Positions 1 through 9,189 of a stretch of DNA of 64,000 nucleotides are shown piece by piece (positions within the stretch are counted from its first letter, which is position 1; each line of letters starts with the position of its first letter). The notes under the pieces are model-generated. The model was not told where the DNA came from, did no database searches, and saw only the letters and a program-made list of their open reading frames with translations. The position numbers and the translations under genes are program-made. Location of the stretch: positions 2,016,001 through 2,080,000 of the forward strand of contig CAXXJJ010000001.1 of NCBI GenBank assembly GCA_963667015.2. Reading direction: 5' to 3'. The stretch comes from Desulfatiglandales bacterium. Its GTDB lineage: Bacteria; Desulfobacterota; DSM-4660; Desulfatiglandales; HGW-15.

Positions 1-527
1 ATGATTATAAAAGGCTCATCGTCTCTATCAATGCTGACGCTTACATCATCAAGATATTTACCGGATAATAAAACCTTTCTTTTTAAAAGAAAGGGTATCT
101 TTCTACTATTTCCTGATGTTTCATCCATCTTATAACGGATTTCATCATCATTTGGTATGTTTCCATTTAAGGCCTCATCTAAACTGTTTTCCTCATCTAC
201 AAGCTTGAATTCCAGATTTGCCGATTTGCTTATCAGTTGAACTACCCTATCTGGGTTTTTCCATGAGGGCAATTGGATTATGATTTGTCGATTATCGTTA
301 ATTCTTACTATTCTATTTTTAAAGCCAAACTCTTTAATCCTTGATTCTATAATTGCAGCGACTTTTTTTGCATTCTCTATATCTATAGCTGGATCTCCTT
401 TCGATTCAGCTTCAAGAACTACTTGAATACCGCCCTGAAAATGATTCCATGTCGGTTCCGATTGACAATGAAAAAGACATAAGCACATCATAATGGCTAC
501 TAATAATCCGACAGATATTTTAATCAT
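1..527 (-). CDS. SecD-like protein (periplasmic P1-base region), 3' part outside window; integron cassette gene
   Basis: Not in the ORF track because it runs off the window. ATG at 527 has an AAGGAG RBS at 535-540. Translation MIKISVGLLVAIMMCLCLFHCQ...FQGGIQVVLEAE...IIESRIKEFG...QIIIQLP...LISKSANLEFKLVDE resembles the SecD N-terminal periplasmic domain. It lies just downstream of attC 582-709. Confidence 0.65.
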   Translation of the reverse strand, partial: MIKISVGLLVAIMMCLCLFHCQSEPTWNHFQGGIQVVLEAESKGDPAIDIENAKKVAAIIESRIKEFGFKNRIVRINDNRQIIIQLPSWKNPDRVVQLISKSANLEFKLVDEENSLDEALNGNIPNDDEIRYKMDETSGNSRKIPFLLKRKVLLSGKYLDDVSVSIDRDDEPFII

Positions 528-581
528 TCTCAAGCTCCTTTAAACACCATATGGTAACTTCTTTTTAGTATCTTATTGTAC

Positions 582-709
582 TCCGAACGAAAAATTAACA
601 CGCGTGCGGCAAGCTGCCACTAAAGATTATTAAAAATATAAATATCGCAAATCTCAAAAGACCGATTCGGCAAGATAGTAAGCACGTCTTGTTGAATGAC
701 ATGTTATAC
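582..709 (-). other. attC recombination site (128 bp)
   Basis: On the minus strand it starts GTATAAC (R''-like) directly after the TAG of 710-1075 and ends GTTCGGA (R'-like). Internal imperfect dyad (CATTCAAC...GACGTGC / GCACGCGTGTTAAT). Confidence 0.8.
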
Positions 710-1075
710 CTAAAATTGTACAGATTCATGCCATCGGCAAGTGTCCATTACTACCCACTCGCCTTTAATTAAATGAAACCACATGCTGATGAAGTAATCT
801 CCATCTTTCCACCTTAATTCTTTGATTTCAACATTTTGATTTTCCGGTTTTGAAAGAGGATAAAATTTGAATACATTTTTACGAAATTCACCAATTGCAT
901 TTTTAACTTTGTATTGTTCTTGATGAATTGGATTTCCTAAAATATTCGTTACTTCATTTTCAGTTAACCCGTGAAGTTTCTCTATTTTTGACACAGAGAC
1001 TTCACCGGTAGATACACAAGATGTAATAACTGTAAAAAGCAAACTAATGATGGTTATTAAGATAATTTTTTTCAT
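710..1075 (-). CDS. Hypothetical lipoprotein (SmpA/OmlA-like small domain), integron cassette gene
   Basis: Lipobox ITSC after a hydrophobic signal; GLTENEVTNILGNP motif; bounded by attC sites; AT-rich. Confidence 0.75.
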   Translation of the reverse strand: MKKIILITIISLLFTVITSCVSTGEVSVSKIEKLHGLTENEVTNILGNPIHQEQYKVKNAIGEFRKNVFKFYPLSKPENQNVEIKELRWKDGDYFISMWFHLIKGEWVVMDTCRWHESVQF

Positions 1076-1083
1076 AGCTTTTG

Positions 1084-1147
1084 GTATAACGATTCGGCTC
1101 AGGAGCGGCGTGGTTTTTACGCTGTCACCTGAAGCCGGTTGTTATGC
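1084..1147 (-). other. attC recombination site (64 bp)
   Basis: Minus strand reads GCATAAC-AACCGGCTTCAGG...CCTGAGCCGAATC-GTTATAC. It has R''/R' cores and an imperfect palindrome, and sits 5 nt after the stop of 1153-2211. Confidence 0.88.
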
Positions 1148-1152
1148 CGTCT

Positions 1153-2211
1153 TTATGATTTTATATTGGCGCTAATAAGTTGAATTAACAACCTTTTGTC
1201 TTTATCAATAGGGTGTTCAGCATATAACCCGACGATACCAGCACATGCCTTGAGTGGGGACCGTGGTTTCGTCATTATTATTGATGCTCTTAAAGCAATT
1301 TTACCATTAAAAAATAATCTAAGAGGTTGTTCATATACAGGGAATTCTATTCCAAAACCACCTGCCTTAAAAGGATGAACATCAGTAAAATAATAATTGA
1401 TATTTGTACTTATGCCAGGATTAGTAATGATTGACCAGATGGATGGTTTATTAATGACCTTATATACTATTTCCTTAAATTCATCTATTGCCATAGCCGC
1501 ATCATAAAATGATCTAAGGGCAAAATAAAAATCGAATCCTATTCGCTCTTCCTCATCAGTAGGATGTACGATCTTGATAAAAGATTTCCCTTTCTCTATG
1601 TCATTTTCCGAAATAGGATTTGATGAACCTATATAAAAAAAATCTCTTTCTTTTGCTCCGGCTTCTTCAACCCTCTTGGCTAAGACTAAAGATCTTTCAG
1701 CGTATATTTCCAGATCACAGTTCAATTTTTCCTGACTGATCAATACCCTATATGGATTATTTAATTGTTTAATATATCTTTTATCAGAATTGGATTTTGA
1801 TGCTGTAAATGGTCCTATAAGCTTTAGATTCAAAGCTGTCTTTGTGTTCTTGAATTTAAATACCCTGCCAGTTGAAGTATACACAGTTTCATCAGGAAGA
1901 GGTTTTAACTGAGATTCTTCAGTTGTAACAATGTCCTGTGTGATAATCGTAAACCACTGCTGCATTGAAGATCCACGATATAATGTTATAAGGAAATTAA
2001 CACAATTCCCTTTCTCTGATTTTGAATCGTCGTCTCTTATTTCTATATGATTAAGAGCAATATCATGTTTATTCGCAAATTCAACGAGCGATGGAAATGG
2101 AGTGATTATAGAATCAGGTATCTTTAATGGTACCTCATCAATGTTTTGAGCTTCTGCAGTTCCAATGAAAAAAAAGATTAATACCGCAAATTTAATGAAT
2201 TTATATAACAT
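1153..2211 (-). CDS. Hypothetical secreted protein, integron cassette gene
   Basis: 352-aa ORF with a Sec signal (...TAEA-Q) and GAGG RBS, flanked by attC sites; no family recognised. Confidence 0.75.
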   Translation of the reverse strand: MLYKFIKFAVLIFFFIGTAEAQNIDEVPLKIPDSIITPFPSLVEFANKHDIALNHIEIRDDDSKSEKGNCVNFLITLYRGSSMQQWFTIITQDIVTTEESQLKPLPDETVYTSTGRVFKFKNTKTALNLKLIGPFTASKSNSDKRYIKQLNNPYRVLISQEKLNCDLEIYAERSLVLAKRVEEAGAKERDFFYIGSSNPISENDIEKGKSFIKIVHPTDEEERIGFDFYFALRSFYDAAMAIDEFKEIVYKVINKPSIWSIITNPGISTNINYYFTDVHPFKAGGFGIEFPVYEQPLRLFFNGKIALRASIIMTKPRSPLKACAGIVGLYAEHPIDKDKRLLIQLISANIKS

Positions 2212-2244
2212 TTTGATACCTCAAAGATTCATCTGGCTTGAAAA

Positions 2245-2370
2245 GCATAACGTTTAAGATTGTATGTGGAGTGAAGCAAAAAAAATATCCTGTTCCTAGT
2301 TCAGAATCAGTAATTTATATATAAAGATGGTAAAAAGCTAGGCTTCATTCCATATACAATCATGTTGTAC
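2245..2370 (-). other. attC-like site (126 bp) whose R'' half is supplied by the end of the IS91/recombinase element
   Basis: Minus strand GTACAAC-ATGATTGTATATGGAATGAAGC pairs with GCTTCACTCCACATACAATC-TTAAAC-GTTATGC. The left spacer is shorter than the right one. Confidence 0.75.
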
Positions 2371-2592
2371 TTAGCCGCGGCCCATTGCCTATGGGGATTG
2401 TATACCTGTATTATCTGTTTTGTGTTTTTAAGATGTTGCACTTTTTTGAGTTTTGAATAGCCTTTTACCTTATTGCCACTAAATGTATGATATTGCAAAC
2501 CTAATTTATTTCGATTTTTTGCCTTTGTTAACATAGGTCTCCATTACTCTGAAGGGAGGTTTTTAAAATTGTTATTTTATTATAAAACATTA

Positions 2593-3780
2593 TCATGCTG
2601 GGGGAGACCTTGCTTTTAAAGGATGTATCTTCTGCTTTCGTACCATCCTTCCTTTTTTGCAATATGGACAAAGTCTTGGATCTGTCCCAGTTATTCTATA
2701 AAGAAGATCTTCCCAACTTTCCTTTCCCTTCTCGTGTTTGCTTTCTTCCTGTTTAACTCCAAGGATGTCTCTACATTTTTTGAGCTTTTCGGATTTATAT
2801 CGATTACTAAGAATGCCATATTGGCGGATCTTCATAAAACCATCAGGCAATATGTGATATAGAAACCTGCGGATAAACTCAGAAGCTTCCAGGGTCATCG
2901 GTTTTACTTTGTCGTTGTCCTGACGGTCCCTGTATTTAAATGTTACTTTGCCATTCTCTATATCTTCGATCCGGTTGTTCGTTATTGCAACCCTGTGGGT
3001 ATATCTTCCGAGATAATCAATAACATCCTCCGGGTACTTAAAGGGAGGTTTGCAGTACACAACCCATTCTTTTTTGTAAAGCTCAGAGCAAAATCTGTTA
3101 AAGGCTTCTTCCGTCTCAATGTCTTTGATCTTACCCGGAAAGACAAGCTTCCCCTCCTGGTATGCCTTTTTCAGATAATAAAGATATTTGCCTCTGAACA
3201 CACTGGACAGAACCTTTACGTGTATAAAAAAATCATTCTTGCAGGATATCCATCTCTTGCCATCAGGGGATAATCCTCCACCGGTTACAATATAGTGCAT
3301 GTGAGGATGATGTGTTAATGTCTGTGACCATGTGTGCAGGATACCGATAAAACCCGGTAGTGCGCCGAGGTGTTTTGCGTCCGCGCTCAGTTCCTTTAAT
3401 GTCTCTGATGAGGCCTTGAAAAGGATACTGTAGCTTACAGCCTGGTTTCTCAGGCTTAAGGGGCTTAACTCTGACGGCTTGGTAAACACCACATGAAAAT
3501 AGTTAACAGGAAGTACTTCCTGTTTGCGTGATTCAAGCCATCTCTCCTTGTCCAGACACTGGCATTTTGGACAGTGTCTGTTCCTGCATGAATTGTATGA
3601 TATCTTTATGGCTTCACAGGTATCACACTCATCTTTATGGCCGCCCAATACCGATGTGCGGCAGACTTCAATCGCGTTCATTGCCTTATGATGCCTCAAA
3701 GGCATCTTCCCGGCATTGGCAGTTCTATATTCCCCGCCATAAACACGAAAGATGTCGGCCACTTCTGTGTGGCCTTTCAT
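2593..3780 (-). CDS. IS91-family (Y2/HUH rolling-circle) transposase
   Basis: N-terminal Zn-binding region CRT..LGGH..C..C...YNSCRNRHCPKC, HUH motif HPHMH, YLGRYTHRVAI (Y2 motif), C-terminal CPYC. Confidence 0.93.
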   Translation of the reverse strand: MKGHTEVADIFRVYGGEYRTANAGKMPLRHHKAMNAIEVCRTSVLGGHKDECDTCEAIKISYNSCRNRHCPKCQCLDKERWLESRKQEVLPVNYFHVVFTKPSELSPLSLRNQAVSYSILFKASSETLKELSADAKHLGALPGFIGILHTWSQTLTHHPHMHYIVTGGGLSPDGKRWISCKNDFFIHVKVLSSVFRGKYLYYLKKAYQEGKLVFPGKIKDIETEEAFNRFCSELYKKEWVVYCKPPFKYPEDVIDYLGRYTHRVAITNNRIEDIENGKVTFKYRDRQDNDKVKPMTLEASEFIRRFLYHILPDGFMKIRQYGILSNRYKSEKLKKCRDILGVKQEESKHEKGKESWEDLLYRITGTDPRLCPYCKKGRMVRKQKIHPLKARSPPA

Positions 3781-3794
3781 GACTCAAGGCCACA

Positions 3795-4646
3795 CTATAT
3801 CTCAGGCTCGTCATCATCCTTGAGTAGATCTATCGGGCTCTTTATCTTCACAATATCTCTTTTGGCTACATGGATATAGATCTCTGTTGTCTTAACACTG
3901 CTGTGTCCCAAAAGTTTTTGTATATAGTAGATATCTGCCCCGGATTCCAGAAGGTGGGTTGCAAAGCTGTGACGAAGTGTATGGAGACTTGCTTTCTTAT
4001 GGATATTTGATAGGCCAACTGACTTTTTAAAAGCCTTGCCTACCGTCGATGCATCAATATGGCGGTCTTTTGTTCTGGATGGAAACAGATAGCTTGTGGG
4101 CTGATATACTTTCCAATAGTCGCGGAGTATATCAAGAGCCTTTTCGCCTAAAAGAGTATAACGCTCCTTTGATCCCTTACCAAAAACCTTTATCAACATC
4201 CTTTTACTGTCGATGTCTCCTATCTTGAGGTTTACGACTTCATCACTTCTGAGTCCGCCGGAATATATTGTCATCAAAATAGCTTTGTGCTTCAGGTTGT
4301 TTGTATTTTTAAATATCTTTTCTACTTCCTCCATTGATAACACTACAGGAAGTTTCTTGGGCTGTTTGCTTCTTGGGGTCTTTTCCTCGTTCCAATCCCT
4401 TTCAAGTGTTATCTTATAGAAAAATCTGAATGCACTGTAAGCCTGGTTTACAGTCGATTGTTTTGCTTTCCGATCTTTTAACAGGTAATGGAGAAAATCA
4501 CGTATCTCTTCGTCCCCAAGTAGATCCGGAGATTTTCCATTTTGTTTGGAAAGCCTCCAAACCCAGTCAAGGTAGGTCTGTTTAGTCCTTGGACTGAATC
4601 CCCTTAACTCCATATCCTTTATCATTTTGTCTTTTAATTTGCCCAT
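3795..4646 (-). CDS. Tyrosine recombinase/integrase (SAM-like N-terminal domain plus catalytic domain)
   Basis: YSGGLRSDE (R), GKGSKER (K), HTLRHSFATHLLE (HxxR), LLGHSS..TTEIY (H, Y). Lacks the IntI-specific insertion. Confidence 0.93.
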   Translation of the reverse strand: MGKLKDKMIKDMELRGFSPRTKQTYLDWVWRLSKQNGKSPDLLGDEEIRDFLHYLLKDRKAKQSTVNQAYSAFRFFYKITLERDWNEEKTPRSKQPKKLPVVLSMEEVEKIFKNTNNLKHKAILMTIYSGGLRSDEVVNLKIGDIDSKRMLIKVFGKGSKERYTLLGEKALDILRDYWKVYQPTSYLFPSRTKDRHIDASTVGKAFKKSVGLSNIHKKASLHTLRHSFATHLLESGADIYYIQKLLGHSSVKTTEIYIHVAKRDIVKIKSPIDLLKDDDEPEI

Positions 4647-4789
4647 AAGTAATCTCCTTTTTGTCTTGAGGTTAACGATCCCTCAATTATCCTCTAAAGG
4701 AGATTTTTATGAAGTATCTTTAGGATATAAGACTATTCAATTGTCAAAGAACTTTGACTTTCGTTTTTAAGCCACCGCGAAGCGGTTTA

Positions 4790-4906
4790 GTACAACATAT
4801 AGTAGACTGCCTAATAGCCGTGTTATTTTACGGCTATTAGGTCATACTAAATTGTTTATACGGCTGATTAGTCGTCTAATACCACATATTGTCGTATTAG
4901 ACGACT
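4790..4906 (-). promoter_or_regulatory. Putative attI-like/array-proximal region with two perfect inverted repeats
   Basis: GTT core at 4796-4794; CCTAATAGCCGT/ACGGCTATTAGG (4810-4841) and AGTCGTCTAATAC/GTATTAGACGACT (4870-4906). Confidence 0.45.
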
Positions 4907-5154
4907 TTTTAGCAATCTATTTTTATTACTTTTAGTAAACGAAATAAATTGGAATCACTTCTTCAACTTGTAAATAATCTTCAATCTTCTGGACGCACAA
5001 GACAGATGGATTCTCGAATTCAGTGTGAAGATAATGCCCATTAGCTTATAATTTTGGAGCGTTGATCTATAAACAGTTATCAATTAACAATTATTTAAAA
5101 ATAGTTGAGAATGAAAAGACTTTAATGCAGTTATTCATTAAACCCGAAAAAATA

Positions 5155-5191
5155 TAGTTATTCTTAAAATTTAATTAAGAATAATTCAAGA
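5155..5191 (+). repeat. 37-bp imperfect direct repeat, copy 1 (copy 2 at 7932-7968)
   Basis: TAGTTATTCTTAAAATTTAATTAAGAATAATTCAAGA vs CAGCTATTCTTAAAACTTATTCAGGAATAATTCAAGA, 31/37 identical, internally palindromic. Confidence 0.7.
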
Positions 5192-5278
5192 AAAGAAAAG
5201 ACAGTGGGCAGAGGCTAGCTGCCTTCGTTTGCAGCTATGCCGTGCCATGGAAATCAGGACAAAAGAGGAAAGAAAAAG

Positions 5279-5299
5279 ATTTCTCCCTTTGGTCGAAAT
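5279..5299 (+). repeat. REP-like intergenic repeat (identical copy at 11295-11315)
   Basis: ATTTCTCCCTTTGGTCGAAAT occurs twice, both times between genes. Confidence 0.65.
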
Positions 5300-5360
5300 G
5301 ACAGAAAACGAAAATATTACAATTACTACACAGCCTGTTTGCGGGAATGACGAATTATAT

Positions 5361-7010
5361 CTAATTTAAAATATAGGTTTTCCTCCTGATAATGCGATTA
5401 AAAAACGACATTATTAAAAACAGGAGGCCGCATATCCCGATTAATATCCAGGTATCCAGCATCAATGCAAGAAAAACCAGACCAATTGAGATCCCCATAA
5501 TAATTAGCCCTATGAACATCCTGGCTGTGAGATCACCCCTTTCTATCATATCTCTTGATTGAGTAAATGGCAGTGACACTTTTGAAAAAATGACAGAAAG
5601 TTGAGAATTCATGATTATCAGCAAACATCCCATAATCAGGCCAGGGACCTTTGAAATATCCCAGATAGTTATTGTAAGCACAAGCAGGAGAACTGCTACC
5701 GGAAGGAAGAATTTAAAGAGCATTGCCTTGATGGCTCCGGTAAGAAGATACCCGTGATCTTTAATCGGAAGAGCCCTGTAAATCCAGGAACCTTCAGGCG
5801 TGTCAGAGAATGGCAGCTGGGTAATAGCGCTGGTTCCGAAAAAACCTAAAAAGAGAAGAAAGAAAAAGTTTTTACTGTCACCAAGCTTTTCCATTGTAGC
5901 AGCAACACTTGAGAAATCCGGTTTAAGCATCAGTATTGCCAGTACCGCCATTATCCCGAAGGAAGGATAAACCGCCTGCTTGAACTTACGGTCACGTTTT
6001 GTGATTGCCATGGTAAGTTTCCAGCCCATTCGTTCGACATCTGATATACAAAAAATCCGGCCCGGGCTGAATCCCGTTCTGCTCTTTACTGCCCTCTTAC
6101 CCTTTCCGGCTATGTCAGTCTCAACAGCACCTTCGCTTAGCACATCTACAAATCCGGAAGAAAGATATTTGATCATGAAGGAGGCCCCGGCAATGGACAC
6201 AAACAGTGCAGTCAGTGCAAGTATTGCATTCTCACTGCTGGCGGACCTGCCACTGAACAGATCAACAAAACCTGCGAGCCATACAGGCGGAATAAAATAG
6301 GTCCACCAGTGAATATCCATTGATAGATTATTGATTATACTTTTTTGTAAAATTCTCGGGACTATCTGGTAACCCCCAAAAATGAGGATTGACATAAAAA
6401 TCTGCAGATAGTTCAGCATATCTTTGAAACGTTCTCCTGAAACCACTTTTGACAGGGCTATGTATAGAAGCGAGGTAAGAAGAAGGGTAATCCAGGCACA
6501 GAGGCCCAGAGCTATCCAGAAGGCAATAAAGTTAAGGATGCCATACTTAAACAGAATAATGACTGACGGTACCAGGCTTATGGCTGCTGCAATAAACCCG
6601 ATATAGACCAGAATGTGCAGCAGTCTGCTTATAAGCAGGGTTCGGTTGTTTACAGGGCGGACCAGCAGAATCTGGTTATCCCGGTGATCAAAAAGCACAC
6701 TTGAATACCCGGAGATAATAGTAAAGCCAAGCAGCACCATGATCATGGAAAAGATGATAGTAAGATTGAGCAGTAAATTATTTATCGGAATGAGCGAGAG
6801 TGAAACAAATATCCCTAAAAACGAGTTTACTATCACCTGTGTCCTGAATGAGTTAAAGGGTTTACCCGAACCTTTTTTCTTTGAGGATTTGGGCCGAAAA
6901 TCAATAGTCAGCTTTGTCTTAAGAATATTCTCAACCTGGCTGTAGTCTGCCCCACACCATTTGATCGGAGATCTAAAAAGACCAATTAAAAATATTACTA
7001 TTTTCTGCAT
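5361..7010 (-). CDS. ABC transporter permease (ABC-2-like, multi-TM)
   Basis: Many hydrophobic helices; DHRDNQILLVRPV motif; directly downstream of an ABC ATPase. Confidence 0.75.
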   Translation of the reverse strand: MQKIVIFLIGLFRSPIKWCGADYSQVENILKTKLTIDFRPKSSKKKGSGKPFNSFRTQVIVNSFLGIFVSLSLIPINNLLLNLTIIFSMIMVLLGFTIISGYSSVLFDHRDNQILLVRPVNNRTLLISRLLHILVYIGFIAAAISLVPSVIILFKYGILNFIAFWIALGLCAWITLLLTSLLYIALSKVVSGERFKDMLNYLQIFMSILIFGGYQIVPRILQKSIINNLSMDIHWWTYFIPPVWLAGFVDLFSGRSASSENAILALTALFVSIAGASFMIKYLSSGFVDVLSEGAVETDIAGKGKRAVKSRTGFSPGRIFCISDVERMGWKLTMAITKRDRKFKQAVYPSFGIMAVLAILMLKPDFSSVAATMEKLGDSKNFFFLLFLGFFGTSAITQLPFSDTPEGSWIYRALPIKDHGYLLTGAIKAMLFKFFLPVAVLLLVLTITIWDISKVPGLIMGCLLIIMNSQLSVIFSKVSLPFTQSRDMIERGDLTARMFIGLIIMGISIGLVFLALMLDTWILIGICGLLFLIMSFFNRIIRRKTYILN

Positions 7011-7012
7011 TC

Positions 7013-7777
7013 CTAGCGCTCCTCAAAGGCTTTGCTGAAAATATCAGATTTAAATCCGTTATCATGATTGCCTGTAAGATCGGCAAAGAGTCTTTCAAGT
7101 GTTTCGGAGTTTTCTGTTTTAAGCTCATCAAAAGTACCGTCAGCCAGCACCCTGCCGTCGTTAATGAGAATTATTCTATCTGCAATTTTCTCCACAATAT
7201 CCATCAGGTGCGAACAGAAGAATATGGTTTTTCCTTCTGCCGCCATTCGTGAAAGCATCTCCTTTACGAGAATAACCGAGTTGGCATCCAGACCTGCAAG
7301 GGGTTCATCGAGGAAGATAATATCCGGGTTATTGATAATCCCTGCCATAAGCAGAATCTTCTGCTTCATGCCTTTTGAAAAGGTATCCATGCGCTGATCT
7401 GCATTTTCCTCCATGCCGAAGAAAGAGATCAAATGGTCAATTCTTCCTTTCAGCTTATCTTCATTGATTCCATAGAGGGTCCCGATGAAGCTCAGGTATT
7501 CCCGGGGAGTTAAAAGATCGTACAGGGCGCCGTTTTCCGGCACATAACCTATGCGTTTTTTTATCTCCAGGCTTTGGGATTTTAAATCCATGCCAAATAC
7601 ACTGATATCTCCTGCATATTCGGTGATTATTCCGCAAAGGATTTTTACTGTGGTACTTTTTCCAGCCCCGTTCGGACCTATGTACCCGATAATCTGACCC
7701 GGCTGAACTTCAAGATCAATGCCCCTTAAAACCTCATTGATACCAAAATATTTTGTTAAACCCTTGATAGATATCAT
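7013..7777 (-). CDS. ABC transporter ATP-binding protein
   Basis: Walker A GPNGAGKST, signature FSKGMKQK, Walker B IIFLDEP, H-loop. Confidence 0.95.
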   Translation of the reverse strand: MISIKGLTKYFGINEVLRGIDLEVQPGQIIGYIGPNGAGKSTTVKILCGIITEYAGDISVFGMDLKSQSLEIKKRIGYVPENGALYDLLTPREYLSFIGTLYGINEDKLKGRIDHLISFFGMEENADQRMDTFSKGMKQKILLMAGIINNPDIIFLDEPLAGLDANSVILVKEMLSRMAAEGKTIFFCSHLMDIVEKIADRIILINDGRVLADGTFDELKTENSETLERLFADLTGNHDNGFKSDIFSKAFEER

Positions 7778-7931
7778 AAGCAGTTCCTTTTTTAACTTTT
7801 ATCAATAGACCAGATATTAAGCATGGTACTCCCATAAACAGACTGCAGCCACAAGTTTATATGTTTTAATAAGCTTTGATTTTTATTTAAGAAAGATTTT
7901 GATGCGGTAATTCAATATACGCTAAAAGATA

Positions 7932-7968
7932 CAGCTATTCTTAAAACTTATTCAGGAATAATTCAAGA
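7932..7968 (+). repeat. 37-bp imperfect direct repeat, copy 2
   Basis: Matches 5155-5191 at 31/37 positions. Confidence 0.7.
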
Positions 7969-8034
7969 TTTATTACCAGCTTGATAGACTGAAGGCTGTA
8001 GACTGTTAAGGGTAGATATAAACCGCTTTACATT

Positions 8035-9189
8035 CTAAATAATCTCTCCATCCCAAAGTTGCTCACAAAAATCTTTCCATGGAAGGATCAAAATACCTGA
8101 ATCAAGTCTTTTGGGAAAAGGGTCTCTGGATACTATAATTTTTTTTCTTACTTTATTCTCCTCTTCAAAAAGGTGTATCCCTTTTGTTCGTGTATTTCCT
8201 GCGTTTTCAGAAGACTTTATTTCAAGTGCAACTTCCGCCTCACCAAGAATTAAATCCACTTCTGATCCGCTGGCAGTTCGCCAGTATGATAATGGAAAAT
8301 CCTTTTGACTGTAATGCCGGTAAGCCCAGCATTCCTGGAGAATAAAATGTTCAAAGAATCTTCCAAATTCATGTGTGCCCGGAGTCAGAGATTTAATTCC
8401 AAGAAGTGAGACAACTATCCCCGTATCAAAGAAGAAAAACTTGGAAGTCTCAATCATTCTTCTTTTTTTTGATTTATTCCATGGCGGCAGTTGCCTGCCT
8501 ATGAGAGTGTCTTCCAGTATTTGATAATATTCACGGATTGTTTTAACCGCCACACCGGCATCTCTTGCAGCATTGGAATAGTTAAGCAGCATCCCATTTG
8601 TTATGGCTGCAGATTTTAAAAAGCGGGAAAATGCCGGAAGATTTCTGGTTAAAGCTTCTGCCTGAATCTCTTCCTTTAAATAATCGCCTGCGTATGCCTT
8701 AAGATCCATTTCACTGTGATCAGATAAAAAATGCGACGGCAAAAACCCCGATAACAGCGCTTTATTAAGATCAAATTCTCCAATCTCCCGTGTGACCAGA
8801 GGAAACAGTTCAAACCGCCATGCTCTGCCTCCAAGAAGATTAACGTTTTCTCTGCGTAATTTCCTTGCGCTGGAGCCTGACATAATAAAGCTATATCCCT
8901 GGTTTTCTATAAGCCAGTGAATTTCATCCATTAATGAAGGTATTTTCTGAACCTCGTCTATAATAACAAGCTTTGATTCCTGAGCATTTAATATCTCTCT
9001 CAAACCCTTAGGGGTCTGGTTCAAGGAAAAAAAATAGTCATAATCAAGCAAATCTATCCAGCAGGCATCTGGAAATTGCTGTTTCAAAAGAGTCGTCTTG
9101 CCGGCTTTTCTTGGTCCCCAAAGGAATGCAGACCTGTTTTCAGGCAAGTCAATTTTTTGAATTCGATGTATTAGATTTGGTTTTGTCAT
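8035..9189 (-). CDS. AAA+ ATPase (AAA_14 + DUF4143 type)
   Basis: GPRKAGKT, IIDEVQK, SGSSARKL, LLGGRA, C-terminal YWRT..G.EVDLIL..ALEIKS nuclease-like motif. ATG at 9189 preferred over TTG at 9225. Confidence 0.88.
   Translation of the reverse strand: MTKPNLIHRIQKIDLPENRSAFLWGPRKAGKTTLLKQQFPDACWIDLLDYDYFFSLNQTPKGLREILNAQESKLVIIDEVQKIPSLMDEIHWLIENQGYSFIMSGSSARKLRRENVNLLGGRAWRFELFPLVTREIGEFDLNKALLSGFLPSHFLSDHSEMDLKAYAGDYLKEEIQAEALTRNLPAFSRFLKSAAITNGMLLNYSNAARDAGVAVKTIREYYQILEDTLIGRQLPPWNKSKKRRMIETSKFFFFDTGIVVSLLGIKSLTPGTHEFGRFFEHFILQECWAYRHYSQKDFPLSYWRTASGSEVDLILGEAEVALEIKSSENAGNTRTKGIHLFEEENKVRKKIIVSRDPFPKRLDSGILILPWKDFCEQLWDGEII

Larger units (their letters stand above)
2364..4796 (-). mobile_element. 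IS91-family element carrying a tyrosine recombinase gene
   Basis: Two-gene unit bounded by inverted ends GTTGTACTTAGCCGC (2364-2378, +) and GTTGTACTAAACCGC (4796-4782, -), 13/15 identical. Confidence 0.8.

Noticed and set aside
2307..2534. 75-aa ORF as a gene cassette
   Set aside because: It runs across the IS91-element end and into the attC hairpin, and has no recognisable protein features.
3795..4646. Integron integrase intI
   Set aside because: It lacks the IntI-specific insertion before the FPS motif, is co-oriented with the cassettes and is coupled to an IS91 transposase.
4920..5070. Possible pseudogene remnant (for example decayed intI)
   Set aside because: Only short stop-interrupted frames are present, and no recombinase motif is recognisable.
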